In this document: one piece after another, positions 27,931 through 36,546 of the stretch
Position numbering within the stretch: position 1 is the first letter of the stretch
How the letters are laid out: each line of letters starts with the position of its first letter
Virus record (IMG/VR): IMGVR_UViG_3300037419_002054
Location: 35,122-99,121 of that record
Length of the DNA stretch: 64,000 nt
Strand: one strand, 5' to 3'
Origin: a virus
Taxonomy: Duplodnaviria > Heunggongvirae > Uroviricota > Caudoviricetes
The notes under the pieces: model-generated
The model's database searches: none
Seen by the model: only the letters and a program-made list of their open reading frames with translations
What the model was told of the DNA's origin: nothing
Translations under genes and position numbers: made by a program

Positions 27931-28587
27931 TCAGTCGATGACGGTCTCGGTGGGGTTCTTCACCAGCTCCTCCAGCCGCTCGATGTCGCGGCGGGTGAGG
28001 GAGGTCAGGTTCAGCGCGTCGCAGTCCCGCTTGATGTCGATCCGCTCGCCGGTGAGGGCGCCCTTCACCGGCTTCGCCGTGAGGCTGGCGAACTTCATCT
28101 CCTGCGCGGTGGAGCCCACCAGCGCCTTCAGCGCCGGCAGGAGGGACTGCGCGAAGCTGACCGTGGTCGAGCCCACCGTGAGGCGGACGTAGCCCGACCG
28201 CACCACGGCCTCGGTGCAGGTGCTCACGGTGATCTTCCGCTCCTTGGTCTCCGAGACCGGGTAGCGGCTGCGCAGCTCGCCGGGGATCGACGAGTTCGCG
28301 CGGTAGTCCAGGCTCAGCACCGCGCGCGACCGGCGACCGGCGTCGTATGCCTCCCGCTCCATCCGCGCGACCTCGTCGGCGGTCAGCTGCTTGTTCCCGT
28401 CGAACTTCTCCGCGGGCTTGGCCGGCGGCTCGGCCATCTTGCGCAGCTCGCCGAGGAAGGACTCCTCGATCTTGCCCATGTCGATCTTCAGCGTGAACGG
28501 CTTCGCCGGGAGGGGGTACAGGCCGGCGTAGGGGTCGAGCCCGTAGCCGCCCCCGTACGGGTAGCCGCCGTAGTATTTGTTGCTCAT
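27931..28587 (-). CDS. paralog family member 3 (218 aa), unknown function
   Basis: Shares EAYDAGRRS, RYPVSETKERK and C-terminal LEELVKNPTETVID blocks with the two upstream genes. Confidence 0.6.
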   Translation of the reverse strand: MSNKYYGGYPYGGGYGLDPYAGLYPLPAKPFTLKIDMGKIEESFLGELRKMAEPPAKPAEKFDGNKQLTADEVARMEREAYDAGRRSRAVLSLDYRANSSIPGELRSRYPVSETKERKITVSTCTEAVVRSGYVRLTVGSTTVSFAQSLLPALKALVGSTAQEMKFASLTAKPVKGALTGERIDIKRDCDALNLTSLTRRDIERLEELVKNPTETVID

Positions 28588-28607
28588 CTCTCTTGGTGCG
28601 GGGGTGG

Positions 28608-28628
28608 AGGAGCGCCCTTCGGCGCTCC
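28608..28628 (-). terminator. hairpin between paralog genes
   Basis: GGAGCGCC-CTTC-GGCGCTCC. No clear U tract. Confidence 0.35.
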
Positions 28629-28637
28629 CGTAGTCGT

Positions 28638-29102
28638 TCAGACGGAGACCGTCTCGAAGGGCTGCTTCGCCAGCTGCTCCATCTTCTCCAGCTGCGAGCG
28701 GTTCAGGGTGAGGCCGCTCTCCCGGGCGCCCACGGCCTTGATGGCCACGCCGCCGTAGGTCTTCTCGGCGCTGAACCCGTTCCAGCTCATCGCCGTACCG
28801 CTCGGCGCGTCGAAGAGCCCGCGGATCACCGGCAGGATCTCCGCCTGGAAGCGGTAGGTGTTGACCACCGTCAGGACCACCACCTTGCCGGCGTCCTCGG
28901 TGGTGAAGGTCACGGCGCCCTCGTTCAGCGTCCGCACGCGGCGCTCGGTGATGGGGTACAGGCGCTGCACGCGGGTCAGCACGGAGCCGGGGCTCACGTA
29001 CGCCAGCGAGCTGCGGTCCGCCTCGGCGCGTCCCATCTCGTACGCCTTGCGGCAGCGGCGGTGCGCGTCGTTCAGGGAGATCGTCTGCTGCTTCTCGTCC
29101 AC
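28638..29102 (-). CDS. paralog family member 2 (154 aa), unknown function
   Basis: Shares KAYEMGRAE, RLYPITERRVRT and C-terminal LEKMEQLAKQPFETVSV blocks with neighbours. Confidence 0.6.
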   Translation of the reverse strand: MDEKQQTISLNDAHRRCRKAYEMGRAEADRSSLAYVSPGSVLTRVQRLYPITERRVRTLNEGAVTFTTEDAGKVVVLTVVNTYRFQAEILPVIRGLFDAPSGTAMSWNGFSAEKTYGGVAIKAVGARESGLTLNRSQLEKMEQLAKQPFETVSV

Positions 29103-29133
29103 GCTTCTGTCTCGTTCGGGGTGGTTGGTGGCC

Positions 29134-29757
29134 CTACCGGCTCACGGTCTCGGTCGGGTTCTTCAGCAGGTCGGCCAGCTTCTCCAGGTCCGCCTGCGTC
29201 AGGTGGTACGTCACGATGTGCGGGCGGCGACTGGCCGTCTTGGGCGCCGAGTACCGGAGGATGCCGATCTTGCCGCCGTTCAGCACCTTCACGTCGTAGT
29301 GCGCGTCGACGCCGTTCTGGTAGCTCAGCTCGCCGTAGCCGGCCGCGCGGATCGGCTCGAGGATGGGGAGGATGTTCCCCGGGATCAGGACCGGCGGGCT
29401 GTTCCCGTACGTCACCTGCACCGTGCCGAACCCGCCGCTGACGAACGAGGCCACGCAGCCGTCGTGCATGACCGCGGTGCGGCTCTTCGTCTCGGTGATC
29501 GGGTACAGCTTCTTCAGGTGGGCCTCCACCTGCTCCTCGTGCACCGCGGTCGTGTACCGGCGGGTGCCGTGGCTGGTGTAGGGGTTCTCGCTCCGGCCGC
29601 GACGGTACGCCGCGCGGGCGATCTCCATCTCGCGCTCGCTCAGGGGCTGCACTTGCTTCTCCGTGGGGAGGGGGAATGGGAGGCACCGGCAGTTCGGATG
29701 CGCCCCGTAGACACCCGCATAGTAGCGGGCCTTTGCATTCGTGTTCGTGACCGGCAT
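29134..29757 (-). CDS. paralog family member 1 (207 aa), unknown function
   Basis: Shares AAYRRGRSE, KLYPITETKSRT and C-terminal LEKLADLLKNPTETVSR blocks with the two downstream genes. Confidence 0.6.
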   Translation of the reverse strand: MPVTNTNAKARYYAGVYGAHPNCRCLPFPLPTEKQVQPLSEREMEIARAAYRRGRSENPYTSHGTRRYTTAVHEEQVEAHLKKLYPITETKSRTAVMHDGCVASFVSGGFGTVQVTYGNSPPVLIPGNILPILEPIRAAGYGELSYQNGVDAHYDVKVLNGGKIGILRYSAPKTASRRPHIVTYHLTQADLEKLADLLKNPTETVSR

Positions 29758-29834
29758 CTTCGCTCCGGAAGGGATGACCGACCCCGGCAGTGTTCCCCGC
29801 CTCCGGCAGCATGTTCGGGCTTTAACAGAAAGTG

Positions 29835-29863
29835 TTGACTACCCCGTGGAGGACGTTTATATT
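29835..29863 (+). promoter_or_regulatory. sigma70-type promoter, plus-oriented family copy
   Basis: GAAAGTG-TTGACT-17nt-TATATT-tctccacggttgagc. Drives 29906..32589. Confidence 0.6.
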
Positions 29864-29905
29864 TCTCCACGGTTGAGCAAGCTACCCCGGACCCACGGAG
29901 ATCCG

Positions 29906-31900
29906 ATGACCGCCACCGCCGCCCCCGAGACCATCACCGCGACCTACCGGCTCCCGGAGGAGAACCAGCCGGAGCTGGAGCGCCGCCTCGCCAAGATCAA
30001 CCGCGCCGCCCGCAAGATCGGGGTTGCCGAGGTCACGTACCGCGTCCTCAGCACCACGGTGGAGAAGATCCGGAAGCCCGACTGCACGGGGTTCCTGGAG
30101 GATACCGGGCGCGTCCGTCGGGTCCATACCATCGAGGTCACGGGGGAGCGGCCGCAGATCTCCGGCTGGACCTTCATCGCCGCCCTCCGGCACTTCGGCG
30201 AGGACGGGACGATCGTGGCCGGCCTCCCCGGGTACGAGATCCCGGAGCGCTACCGGAACGCCGGGAGCGACTGTGACCACTGCGGTCACCGGCGCCAGCG
30301 GAACGACACCTACCTCCTGCAGAACGAGGCGGGGGAGATCAAGCAGGTCGGCTCCACCTGCCTCGTGGACTTCCTCGGCCACCCGGACCCGCATACGGTA
30401 GCCCGCATGTGTGAGTGGCTCCGCGAGATCGAGGTAGCCTGCGGAGACGAGGAGAGCTGGGGGATGCGCGGCGGGGACAACCTCTTCGACCTGCGCTGGT
30501 ACCTCGGGTGGGTGGCGCTGGCGACCCGGTGCTACGGCTGGGTTTCCCGGAAGCGCGCCCGGGAGCTCTCGGACGAGCGCGGCTACAGCGTCTCCTCCAC
30601 TTCCCAGTCCGCGTGGTTCCTGGAGGGGCTCACCAGCCGCGGCGGCGGGATGAGCGAGAGCGAGCGCCGGAAGGAGCTGGACAAGTTCGTCCGGCAGTTC
30701 GGGTTCCAGCCGGTGCCCTCGGAGGAGGACCGGGCGCTGGCCGAGGACGCGGTGGAGTGGGCGCTCGCGCTGGAGGAGCGGGAGGCGAGCCTCAACGAGT
30801 ACGAGCACAACCTCCTGGTGGTGGCCCGGATGGGGATCACGAACTGGAAGGTGATGGGGCTTGCGGCCTCGCTCATCGCCGCGTATAAGAAGGCGATGGA
30901 CCTGATCGAGGAGCGGACGCGTACCGCCCGCCCGGTCTCCCAGCACGTCGGGACCGTCGGCAAGCGCGAGGTCTTCACCGTAACCGTCCGGAAGGTGATC
31001 CCGCTCTCCAGCGACTTCGGCCCGTCCATCGGCCTCCACATCATGGAGACCCCGGAGGGGAACCGCCTGAAGTGGTTCGCCACCTCGGCCAAGGATCTGG
31101 AGGAGGGGAAGACCTACGTGGTGAAGGCCACGGTAAAGGAGCACGGGGAGTACAAGGGGAACTTGGAGACCGTGGTCAACCGCGTGGCGGTGGTCCGCGA
31201 GGTGGAGGAGGAACCCGCCGCACCCGCGGCGGAGACGGAGACCCCGGCGCCTGTGGAGGCGCCCCAGCCCGCTACCCAGGAGACGGAAGCGACGGAGCCC
31301 ATGAAGCGTTCCAGCACGGTGGAGAGCCCGGTCAAGCGGGTCCGCGAGATCGCCGCGGAGATGTACGCCGCGAACCCGCAGGTGTCCCGGAAGGAGGTCA
31401 TCGCCCGCTGCGTCTCGGAGGGGATCTCGCCGGCCACCGCGGCCACGCAGTACGGCCACTGGAAGCGGGCGCTGCCCGCGGCGGCGGAGACGCCGGGGGA
31501 GGGGAACGCTCCGGCGGCGCCGGAGGACGTTGTGGGGAAGATCAAGCTGTCCGGACCCCAGCGCGCCGCCCTTCTCGCCGTAGCGGCCGGCCGCGGCCCC
31601 TTCCCGGGGAAGCCCCGCACCCTCGGCATCCTGAAGGAGAACGGGCTGGTGGAGTACGACGGCGTCCCGCAGGAGGGGGTCGTACGGGGGTGGTACCTGA
31701 CCGAACAGGGCGCGGAGTGGGTGCGGCGGTGGCAGGCCACCCGGCCGCCGCTGGACGAAGGCGGAGAGGAGGAGACCACCGGGCAGGAGGAGGACGGCCC
31801 GGTGGTGGAGATCGACGGGTCGGCCCTCATCCAGGTCCCCGCCGGCCGCCGCCGGAAGAAGATGCCCGAGGAGCCGCCCACGCGGCGCCGGATTGCGTGA
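29906..31900 (+). CDS. large hypothetical protein (664 aa), first gene of plus-strand island 2
   Basis: ATG at 29906 with GGAG SD, 43 nt downstream of the plus-oriented promoter. Contains CDHCGH and Ala/Pro/Glu-rich linker segments. No recognisable domain. Confidence 0.6.
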   Translation: MTATAAPETITATYRLPEENQPELERRLAKINRAARKIGVAEVTYRVLSTTVEKIRKPDCTGFLEDTGRVRRVHTIEVTGERPQISGWTFIAALRHFGEDGTIVAGLPGYEIPERYRNAGSDCDHCGHRRQRNDTYLLQNEAGEIKQVGSTCLVDFLGHPDPHTVARMCEWLREIEVACGDEESWGMRGGDNLFDLRWYLGWVALATRCYGWVSRKRARELSDERGYSVSSTSQSAWFLEGLTSRGGGMSESERRKELDKFVRQFGFQPVPSEEDRALAEDAVEWALALEEREASLNEYEHNLLVVARMGITNWKVMGLAASLIAAYKKAMDLIEERTRTARPVSQHVGTVGKREVFTVTVRKVIPLSSDFGPSIGLHIMETPEGNRLKWFATSAKDLEEGKTYVVKATVKEHGEYKGNLETVVNRVAVVREVEEEPAAPAAETETPAPVEAPQPATQETEATEPMKRSSTVESPVKRVREIAAEMYAANPQVSRKEVIARCVSEGISPATAATQYGHWKRALPAAAETPGEGNAPAAPEDVVGKIKLSGPQRAALLAVAAGRGPFPGKPRTLGILKENGLVEYDGVPQEGVVRGWYLTEQGAEWVRRWQATRPPLDEGGEEETTGQEEDGPVVEIDGSALIQVPAGRRRKKMPEEPPTRRRIA

Positions 31901-31923
31901 ACCCTTCACCTACGGAGAGCCCG

Positions 31924-32268
31924 ATGGAGTACAACGTGGAGAACGCCGCGCGCTACGCGCTGGCGCGGATGGTCCTGCTCGCGGTGGAGCAGGAGGAACT
32001 TCCCCCGGAGGAGAACGAGAACCCGTCCGCCGCTGGCTACCTCTTCGCCGAAGGGGAGTACGACGGGGACGAGATGCGGGAGAAGTGCCGGGAGGCCCTC
32101 ATGCGGCAGGAGCACCCGGAGCAGTTCGAGCAGATCCACTCCGGGCTGGTTTTCTACGACGTCCCCGAGGACGTTCTGGAGGCCACGCAGAAGAGGGCGT
32201 GCGAGCTGGCGGTGGGCCTCGCACTCCTCTTCAACCCGGACGTACGCGAGGACCCGTACGTCTACTGA
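31924..32268 (+). CDS. hypothetical acidic protein (114 aa)
   Basis: ATG 31924 with GGAGAG SD. The upstream track ORF is an Arg-rich artefact frame. Confidence 0.5.
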   Translation: MEYNVENAARYALARMVLLAVEQEELPPEENENPSAAGYLFAEGEYDGDEMREKCREALMRQEHPEQFEQIHSGLVFYDVPEDVLEATQKRACELAVGLALLFNPDVREDPYVY

Positions 32269-32328
32269 CCCACCCCGGGGCCGGGGACGCACCTCCGGCC
32301 CCATCCTTCTCACGCGGGAGACAACGCG

Positions 32329-32589
32329 ATGAACCGGGACAGGATTACGCTCGTCCGGAGCGAGCGGCTGGACACACTCGAGGCCGACTGGGAGAAGCCG
32401 CGGGACGTCAACGACTACGTGGAGGCGGTGGGAACCGCCAAGCAGCTCGCGGCAGGGGACGGCCACACCTGGGAGATCCGGATCGGGGAGCCCACGGACC
32501 TCGAGAACTACTACCAGCTGGCCGAGGTAGACCCGGACGGGGAGATGCGGTTCACGCGGGCGGGCTACGACTGGCTCGAGCGCCAGTAA
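32329..32589 (+). CDS. hypothetical protein (86 aa)
   Basis: ORF followed by a 13-bp-stem bidirectional terminator. Confidence 0.5.
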   Translation: MNRDRITLVRSERLDTLEADWEKPRDVNDYVEAVGTAKQLAAGDGHTWEIRIGEPTDLENYYQLAEVDPDGEMRFTRAGYDWLERQ

Positions 32590-32602
32590 GGAGAGCAAGG
32601 GA

Positions 32603-32635
32603 GAAGGCCCCGGGGTTCTATCCCCCGGAGCCTTC
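32603..32635. terminator. bidirectional terminator between plus island 2 and convergent minus operon
   Basis: GAAGGCCCCGGGG-TTCTATC-CCCCGGAGCCTTC then TTCTATTTGTT. Confidence 0.65.
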
Positions 32636-32659
32636 TTCTATTTGTTGACGCTTCCCGTC

Positions 32660-33376
32660 CTACTGGACGATGGAGAGGAGAGACGAGGAGACCGCCTGCA
32701 GGGTCGAATCGGAGAGAGCGGCCCGGTACGCAGCGATCACCATGTAGTCCGATACGTTGACGCTCCGCATGATCTGGAGCGCGGCCGTACCCGAGGGGAG
32801 GGCCGTAGACGTGGCGCTCGCGACGAGGTCCCCATCCACGAAGATCTCCTCCGTGTTCCCGTCCCGGTGCCGGGCCGCGTAGACGTGCCACGCGTTGCTG
32901 GGGGCGTTTACCGAGATTGCCGAACCAGGGTCACGAAAGTACAGGTCCCCGCCGTAGATGAAGAACGAGGTCTGCCCGCCCGCTCCCTGCCAGATCGTGA
33001 AGCCGGTGTCGTTGACGGCCTTCACGTTGGCCAGGACGAAGATGGTGATATCCGCGTCCGGCTCCACGAGAGCCTCCGAGCTCACGCCCGGCCGCTGAAG
33101 CCCGGTATACACCCCGTCGACCCCGCGGAAGACCGGGAGGCCCTTCACCACGTTCTTCGCGAACTTCATCGGGGTCGCGTCGGTCGGCTGCGTGAGGTCC
33201 AGACCGTTCCCGCTCCAGTCCTTGACCGAGGTGACGTTCGCCCCGTCGGCAAACGCCTCCTGCCGGGCGTCGTACCAGTAGGCCATCGGCCCGGCCTGCG
33301 TCAGGTCGAAGATCGCCGGACCGGAGGGGGCCGCGGAGCACCCGATCCCGAGGTGGAGCCCGATGCAGCGCGCCAT
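32660..33376 (-). CDS. hypothetical protein (238 aa), possible lectin/LamG-like beta-sandwich
   Basis: Start ATG 33374-33376 (TGATG overlap). Sequence MARCIGLHLGIG...WSGNGLDLTQ... The track ORF extends into an Arg-rich frame. Confidence 0.45.
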   Translation of the reverse strand: MARCIGLHLGIGCSAAPSGPAIFDLTQAGPMAYWYDARQEAFADGANVTSVKDWSGNGLDLTQPTDATPMKFAKNVVKGLPVFRGVDGVYTGLQRPGVSSEALVEPDADITIFVLANVKAVNDTGFTIWQGAGGQTSFFIYGGDLYFRDPGSAISVNAPSNAWHVYAARHRDGNTEEIFVDGDLVASATSTALPSGTAALQIMRSVNVSDYMVIAAYRAALSDSTLQAVSSSLLSIVQ

Positions 33377-33639
33377 CAGGCCAGCCCGATGAGGTTCGTC
33401 GCCGTGGTACCCGTGGCGGCGATGATCTGGACCCGCACCGAGAGCACAGTCCCGGTCGGCACGGACTTGAAGGTGACGGTGTCCCCGTCCTCCGTGGTGA
33501 CGGTCAGATCCCCCGAGCCGCCGACGTAGATGGCGCGCGTGAGGTAGGGGAGCTGCGTCCCGTCCGCGGGAGCCACGGCGAACGCACGAGTGGCGGGGCT
33601 CGTCACCCCGCGGCTGAAGCTGCTGAACGGATCGAGCAC
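33376..33639 (-). CDS. hypothetical protein (87 aa)
   Basis: GTG/ATG start with an AGGAG SD embedded in the downstream arm of a nested hairpin. Confidence 0.45.
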   Translation of the reverse strand: MLDPFSSFSRGVTSPATRAFAVAPADGTQLPYLTRAIYVGGSGDLTVTTEDGDTVTFKSVPTGTVLSVRVQIIAATGTTATNLIGLA

Positions 33640-33690
33640 TAGAACGCTCCTGAAGCCGTGAGTTGTTGATCGTCAACCCACAAGCTACAG
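33630..33690 (-). promoter_or_regulatory. nested inverted repeats (outer GAACGCTCCTG/CAGGAGCGTCC; inner TTGATCGTCAA) overlapping the SD of gene 33376..33639
   Basis: Outer 11-bp arms 35 nt apart. The downstream arm contains the AGGAG 7 nt before the start codon. Confidence 0.4.
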
Positions 33691-33708
33691 GAGCGTCCCG
33701 GCCGGAGG

Positions 33709-33849
33709 TCAATCCCCGTGGGGGATATGCAGGACGTGCAGGAGGAGGTGGAGGAGGGCGGCACCCATCCCGAGAAGCGCCGCGATCCACGGGCTGCGAT
33801 ACCGGAGACCGGCCACCCACAGCCACGCCCGGGCAAGCGAGGCGGTCAT
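33709..33849 (-). CDS. small hydrophobic membrane peptide (46 aa)
   Basis: Not in the ORF track (<60 aa). ATGA overlap with the upstream stop, AAGGAGG SD. Translation MTASLARAWLWVAGLRYRSPWIAALLGMGAALLHLLLHVLHIPHGD. Confidence 0.35.
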   Translation of the reverse strand: MTASLARAWLWVAGLRYRSPWIAALLGMGAALLHLLLHVLHIPHGD

Positions 33850-34043
33850 CCCTCCTCCTTCTTCCCGATCCGGGAGAGGATCATCCGCACCTGCTCGCTC
33901 TGGAAGTCCCGTGTCAGCGCGAGCGCCTCGACCGGGTTGAAGCCCTCCTCGGTGAGGGCGACGAAGTACCGGCGGACCATCCCCGCCAGCGTGCGGAGCG
34001 CGGCAAACGCCTGCTCCATCTCGTGGATCTCTCTCGCGTCCAT
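33846..34043 (-). CDS. hypothetical protein (65 aa)
   Basis: Start MDAREIHEMEQ one nt after the upstream stop. The track ORF N-terminus is Arg/Ser-rich. Confidence 0.4.
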   Translation of the reverse strand: MDAREIHEMEQAFAALRTLAGMVRRYFVALTEEGFNPVEALALTRDFQSEQVRMILSRIGKKEEG

Positions 34044-34044
34044 C

Positions 34045-34344
34045 CTACAGCTCCGGGTTGACGTGGCTCCTGGGGTTCCCCGGTCCTTCGTGCTCGCGCA
34101 CCCAGCAGGTGACGGCGTTGCGCTGCATCCCCTCCTCGTACTGCTCCGCGGGTCCGGGTCCACCGCGGCGGATGAAGGGGACGAGGGTGTTGTTATCGAT
34201 CGCGAGGCTTAGCCCCTCCCCGTTCACCTCGGCGGTGTGCCCGTCCGGGAGGTAGCGCCCCCGGACGAGTCCACAGCTACAGGAGCGGACCGGGAAGTCC
34301 AGCTTGAACAGATCGAAGCACCTCGAACAGAAGAGTAGCTTCAC
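34045..34344 (-). CDS. Cys-rich zinc-ribbon protein (99 aa)
   Basis: Contains CSRC...CSCG. GTG start overlaps the upstream stop as GTGA. Confidence 0.45.
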   Translation of the reverse strand: MKLLFCSRCFDLFKLDFPVRSCSCGLVRGRYLPDGHTAEVNGEGLSLAIDNNTLVPFIRRGGPGPAEQYEEGMQRNAVTCWVREHEGPGNPRSHVNPEL

Positions 34345-34574
34345 TCGCCGGCCGGCCGCAACAGGTACACGCCGTGCTCCGGGTCTCCGCCCTCCACCTG
34401 CTGGGCGCCGGCCTCCACCGCGAGCTCCTCCAGCGTGATGCCGTAGTAGTTCAGGCGGTCGTCCGTGACCCGGACCGGGTAGCCGAGGCCGAAGAGGGCC
34501 TTGATGTTGTTGACGTACGCCTCCCGCCGCGGGGAGGGGTCCAGTACGGGGATCTCCGTCTCGCTCGTTGCCAT
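34341..34574 (-). CDS. hypothetical protein (77 aa)
   Basis: ATG 34572-34574 (MATSETEIPVL). The track ORF N-terminus is a low-complexity Arg/Gly frame. Confidence 0.4.
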   Translation of the reverse strand: MATSETEIPVLDPSPRREAYVNNIKALFGLGYPVRVTDDRLNYYGITLEELAVEAGAQQVEGGDPEHGVYLLRPAGE

Positions 34575-34585
34575 CGTTCCGTTGA

Positions 34586-35128
34586 TCAGAAGTTGCGCTT
34601 GGCGTTCTGCCCGGGGGTGTCGCCGTACATCCGGAACTGCCGGGCCGGGACGAGGTCGGTCAGGAAGACCCGCAGCACCTGCAGGCCCCAGCCGTCCATC
34701 GCCTCGTTCAGCTCCGCGACGAGCGCTGTCTCCAGCGCCTTCCGGTCCCGCTTCAGCTCCTGCCACGTCCGGGAGGCCACCGCGGTGGCGAGCGCCCCGA
34801 AGGCCATGTTCACGACCGAGTCGTCGAAGCGATAGATCTTGACCCAGCCGGCCCGGATGCTCGTGACCTTGTAGCAGACGTTCGCCGAGTAGACCACGGA
34901 CACCCCGTCCTCGGTGACGACCGAGCCGGTGGGGAGATCCACGGTCATGTCGGACCGCGTCGTCTTGTTGATCTCGTCGATGAAGGGGACGCGGAGATGC
35001 AGGCCCGGTTCCAGCTCCTCCCGTACCTTGCCGCAGCGCACCCGGAGACCCTGCTGCCACGTGTAGACGCGGGCCACCGGCCAGAACGCCATGAGGTTCT
35101 TGATGATGAACTCGATCAGGGCCTGCAC
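34586..35128 (-). CDS. SPFH/band-7 (stomatin/prohibitin-like) domain protein (180 aa)
   Basis: Hydrophobic N-terminus, then VPFIDEI..TRSDMTVDL...VSVVYSANVCYKV...ALATAVASRTWQELKRDRKALE...GLQVLRVFLTDL, matching the SPFH domain pattern. Confidence 0.55.
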   Translation of the reverse strand: MQALIEFIIKNLMAFWPVARVYTWQQGLRVRCGKVREELEPGLHLRVPFIDEINKTTRSDMTVDLPTGSVVTEDGVSVVYSANVCYKVTSIRAGWVKIYRFDDSVVNMAFGALATAVASRTWQELKRDRKALETALVAELNEAMDGWGLQVLRVFLTDLVPARQFRMYGDTPGQNAKRNF

Positions 35129-35144
35129 CAGCTACTCCTTCTCG

Positions 35145-35315
35145 TCAGGTTGGGCGGGGCCGGTAATCCTCCCCGCGTTGGTAGAGCCGCTGCCTCCAGC
35201 GGTACTCGGTCGCGCACTCCGCCTCTCCGCACAGCTGCGTGGATGCGTCGTATCGGATCAAGCCGGGCTTCCCGCAGCAGACGCAGAAGCCCGGCTGACG
35301 CCGCGGTACGCTCAC
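35145..35315 (-). CDS. small zinc-ribbon protein (56 aa)
   Basis: GTG start overlaps the upstream stop as GTGA. Sequence VSVPRRQPGFCVCCGKPGLIRYDASTQLCGEAECATEYRW... Confidence 0.35.
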   Translation of the reverse strand: MSVPRRQPGFCVCCGKPGLIRYDASTQLCGEAECATEYRWRQRLYQRGEDYRPRPT

Positions 35316-35641
35316 CGCGCCTTGACCGCCTCGGTGTCCCGCACGATCTCCTGCATCTCCACCGTGATGGAGATCTCCACCTCGCACTTCATCACCGCGG
35401 TGAACGGGGCGATGGCGATGCGGGCGCCGGTGATCAGGTCCACGGCCGTGCGGTAGCCGCGGGTGGTGTAGGTCTCCCCGGGCAGCTTGTCCTCGGGGGC
35501 GTCGGTCATGATGTAGGCGCGGTCGGTACGCAGCCCGGCGGTGCCGGGGCTCCCCGCGTACGACACCATGAAGTAGTCGCCGGCGGCCAACTTCTCGGCG
35601 TCGGCGCTCGCGGCCTGCAGGTTGGTGATCCTGAGCTTCAC
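35312..35641 (-). CDS. hypothetical protein (109 aa)
   Basis: ORF. Confidence 0.45.
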   Translation of the reverse strand: MKLRITNLQAASADAEKLAAGDYFMVSYAGSPGTAGLRTDRAYIMTDAPEDKLPGETYTTRGYRTAVDLITGARIAIAPFTAVMKCEVEISITVEMQEIVRDTEAVKAR

Positions 35642-35719
35642 TACGTCTCTCCGATCGGGTTTGAACTTGAGGTGATCCCCCGAAGCGTTAGATCGGCTCC
35701 GGGAGCGTGTTCGTCGACC

Positions 35720-35739
35720 GAGGGGCTACTCAGCCCCTC
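35720..35739 (-). terminator. hairpin downstream of the nuclease gene
   Basis: GAGGGGCT-ACTC-AGCCCCTC. Confidence 0.35.
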
Positions 35740-35778
35740 GCGACGAGATCCTGCGCAGGGAGACGCGCAGGGCGGGGC

Positions 35779-36546
35779 TCAGACGAGCCCCGTGGTCAGG
35801 TAGCGGTACAGCAGGTGGGTGTAGTCGTGCGCCATCTTGATCTCCGCCTCCTTCCCCTTCGGCAGGTGGACGATGACCGCCCCCTCCGTCGGGATGCCGA
35901 CCTCGGCCAGCATCAGGCGGTAGAGACCGACCTGCATACTGTACTTGTTGAGCTCGTTCCCCTCGAGGAAGTGGAACGGAGGCCGGAACCGCTCGAAGGA
36001 GAAGTCCTGGTTCGTCCGGATGCGCTTGTTGGTCTTCCAGTCGGCGATCCAGAAACGGCCATCCTTCTCCAGCAGGGCATCCAGCGTCCCGGAGAGCCCC
36101 CAGCGCAGGCTGAAGATCTTCCTCTCGCACGCGACCACGCGGAAGCCGGCGAAGTGTACCCCCCAGCCCCTCCACCACGCCGTAAGGCGGGCCTGGGCCT
36201 CCGGGAGGTGGGCGAGGCTCCGGATGACCTCTCCGGGGTCCTCTCCCGTGAACACCCGCTCGATACCGTCGTGTACCGCGTGCCCCAGCACCGTGGACTC
36301 CCGGGCGGTGGCCTCCCACTCCGCCAACACGTCGGCCGGGGAGCACTTCCGCTCCTCGGCCTTCCGTGCCGCCCAGTATTCCGCGTCGAACTCGTGCGTC
36401 CTTGCCTTGATCCAGCTGCTGACCGCGGTCAGCTCATGTTCCCCGTAGAAGTAGCGATGTTCCTCGGGGTTGATCCGGAACAGGGGGTCGTCGAACACCG
36501 TGAGCCGGTGCCGGACGTAATCAAACCATTGATCAGCTACCTTCAC
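35779..36546 (-). CDS. PD-(D/E)xK nuclease superfamily protein (RecB/Cas4-like exonuclease, 255 aa)
   Basis: Motifs ...FRVVACERKI... and IADWKTNK (D-x-K) are typical of PDDEXK_1 phage exonucleases. Confidence 0.55.
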   Translation of the reverse strand: MKVADQWFDYVRHRLTVFDDPLFRINPEEHRYFYGEHELTAVSSWIKARTHEFDAEYWAARKAEERKCSPADVLAEWEATARESTVLGHAVHDGIERVFTGEDPGEVIRSLAHLPEAQARLTAWWRGWGVHFAGFRVVACERKIFSLRWGLSGTLDALLEKDGRFWIADWKTNKRIRTNQDFSFERFRPPFHFLEGNELNKYSMQVGLYRLMLAEVGIPTEGAVIVHLPKGKEAEIKMAHDYTHLLYRYLTTGLV

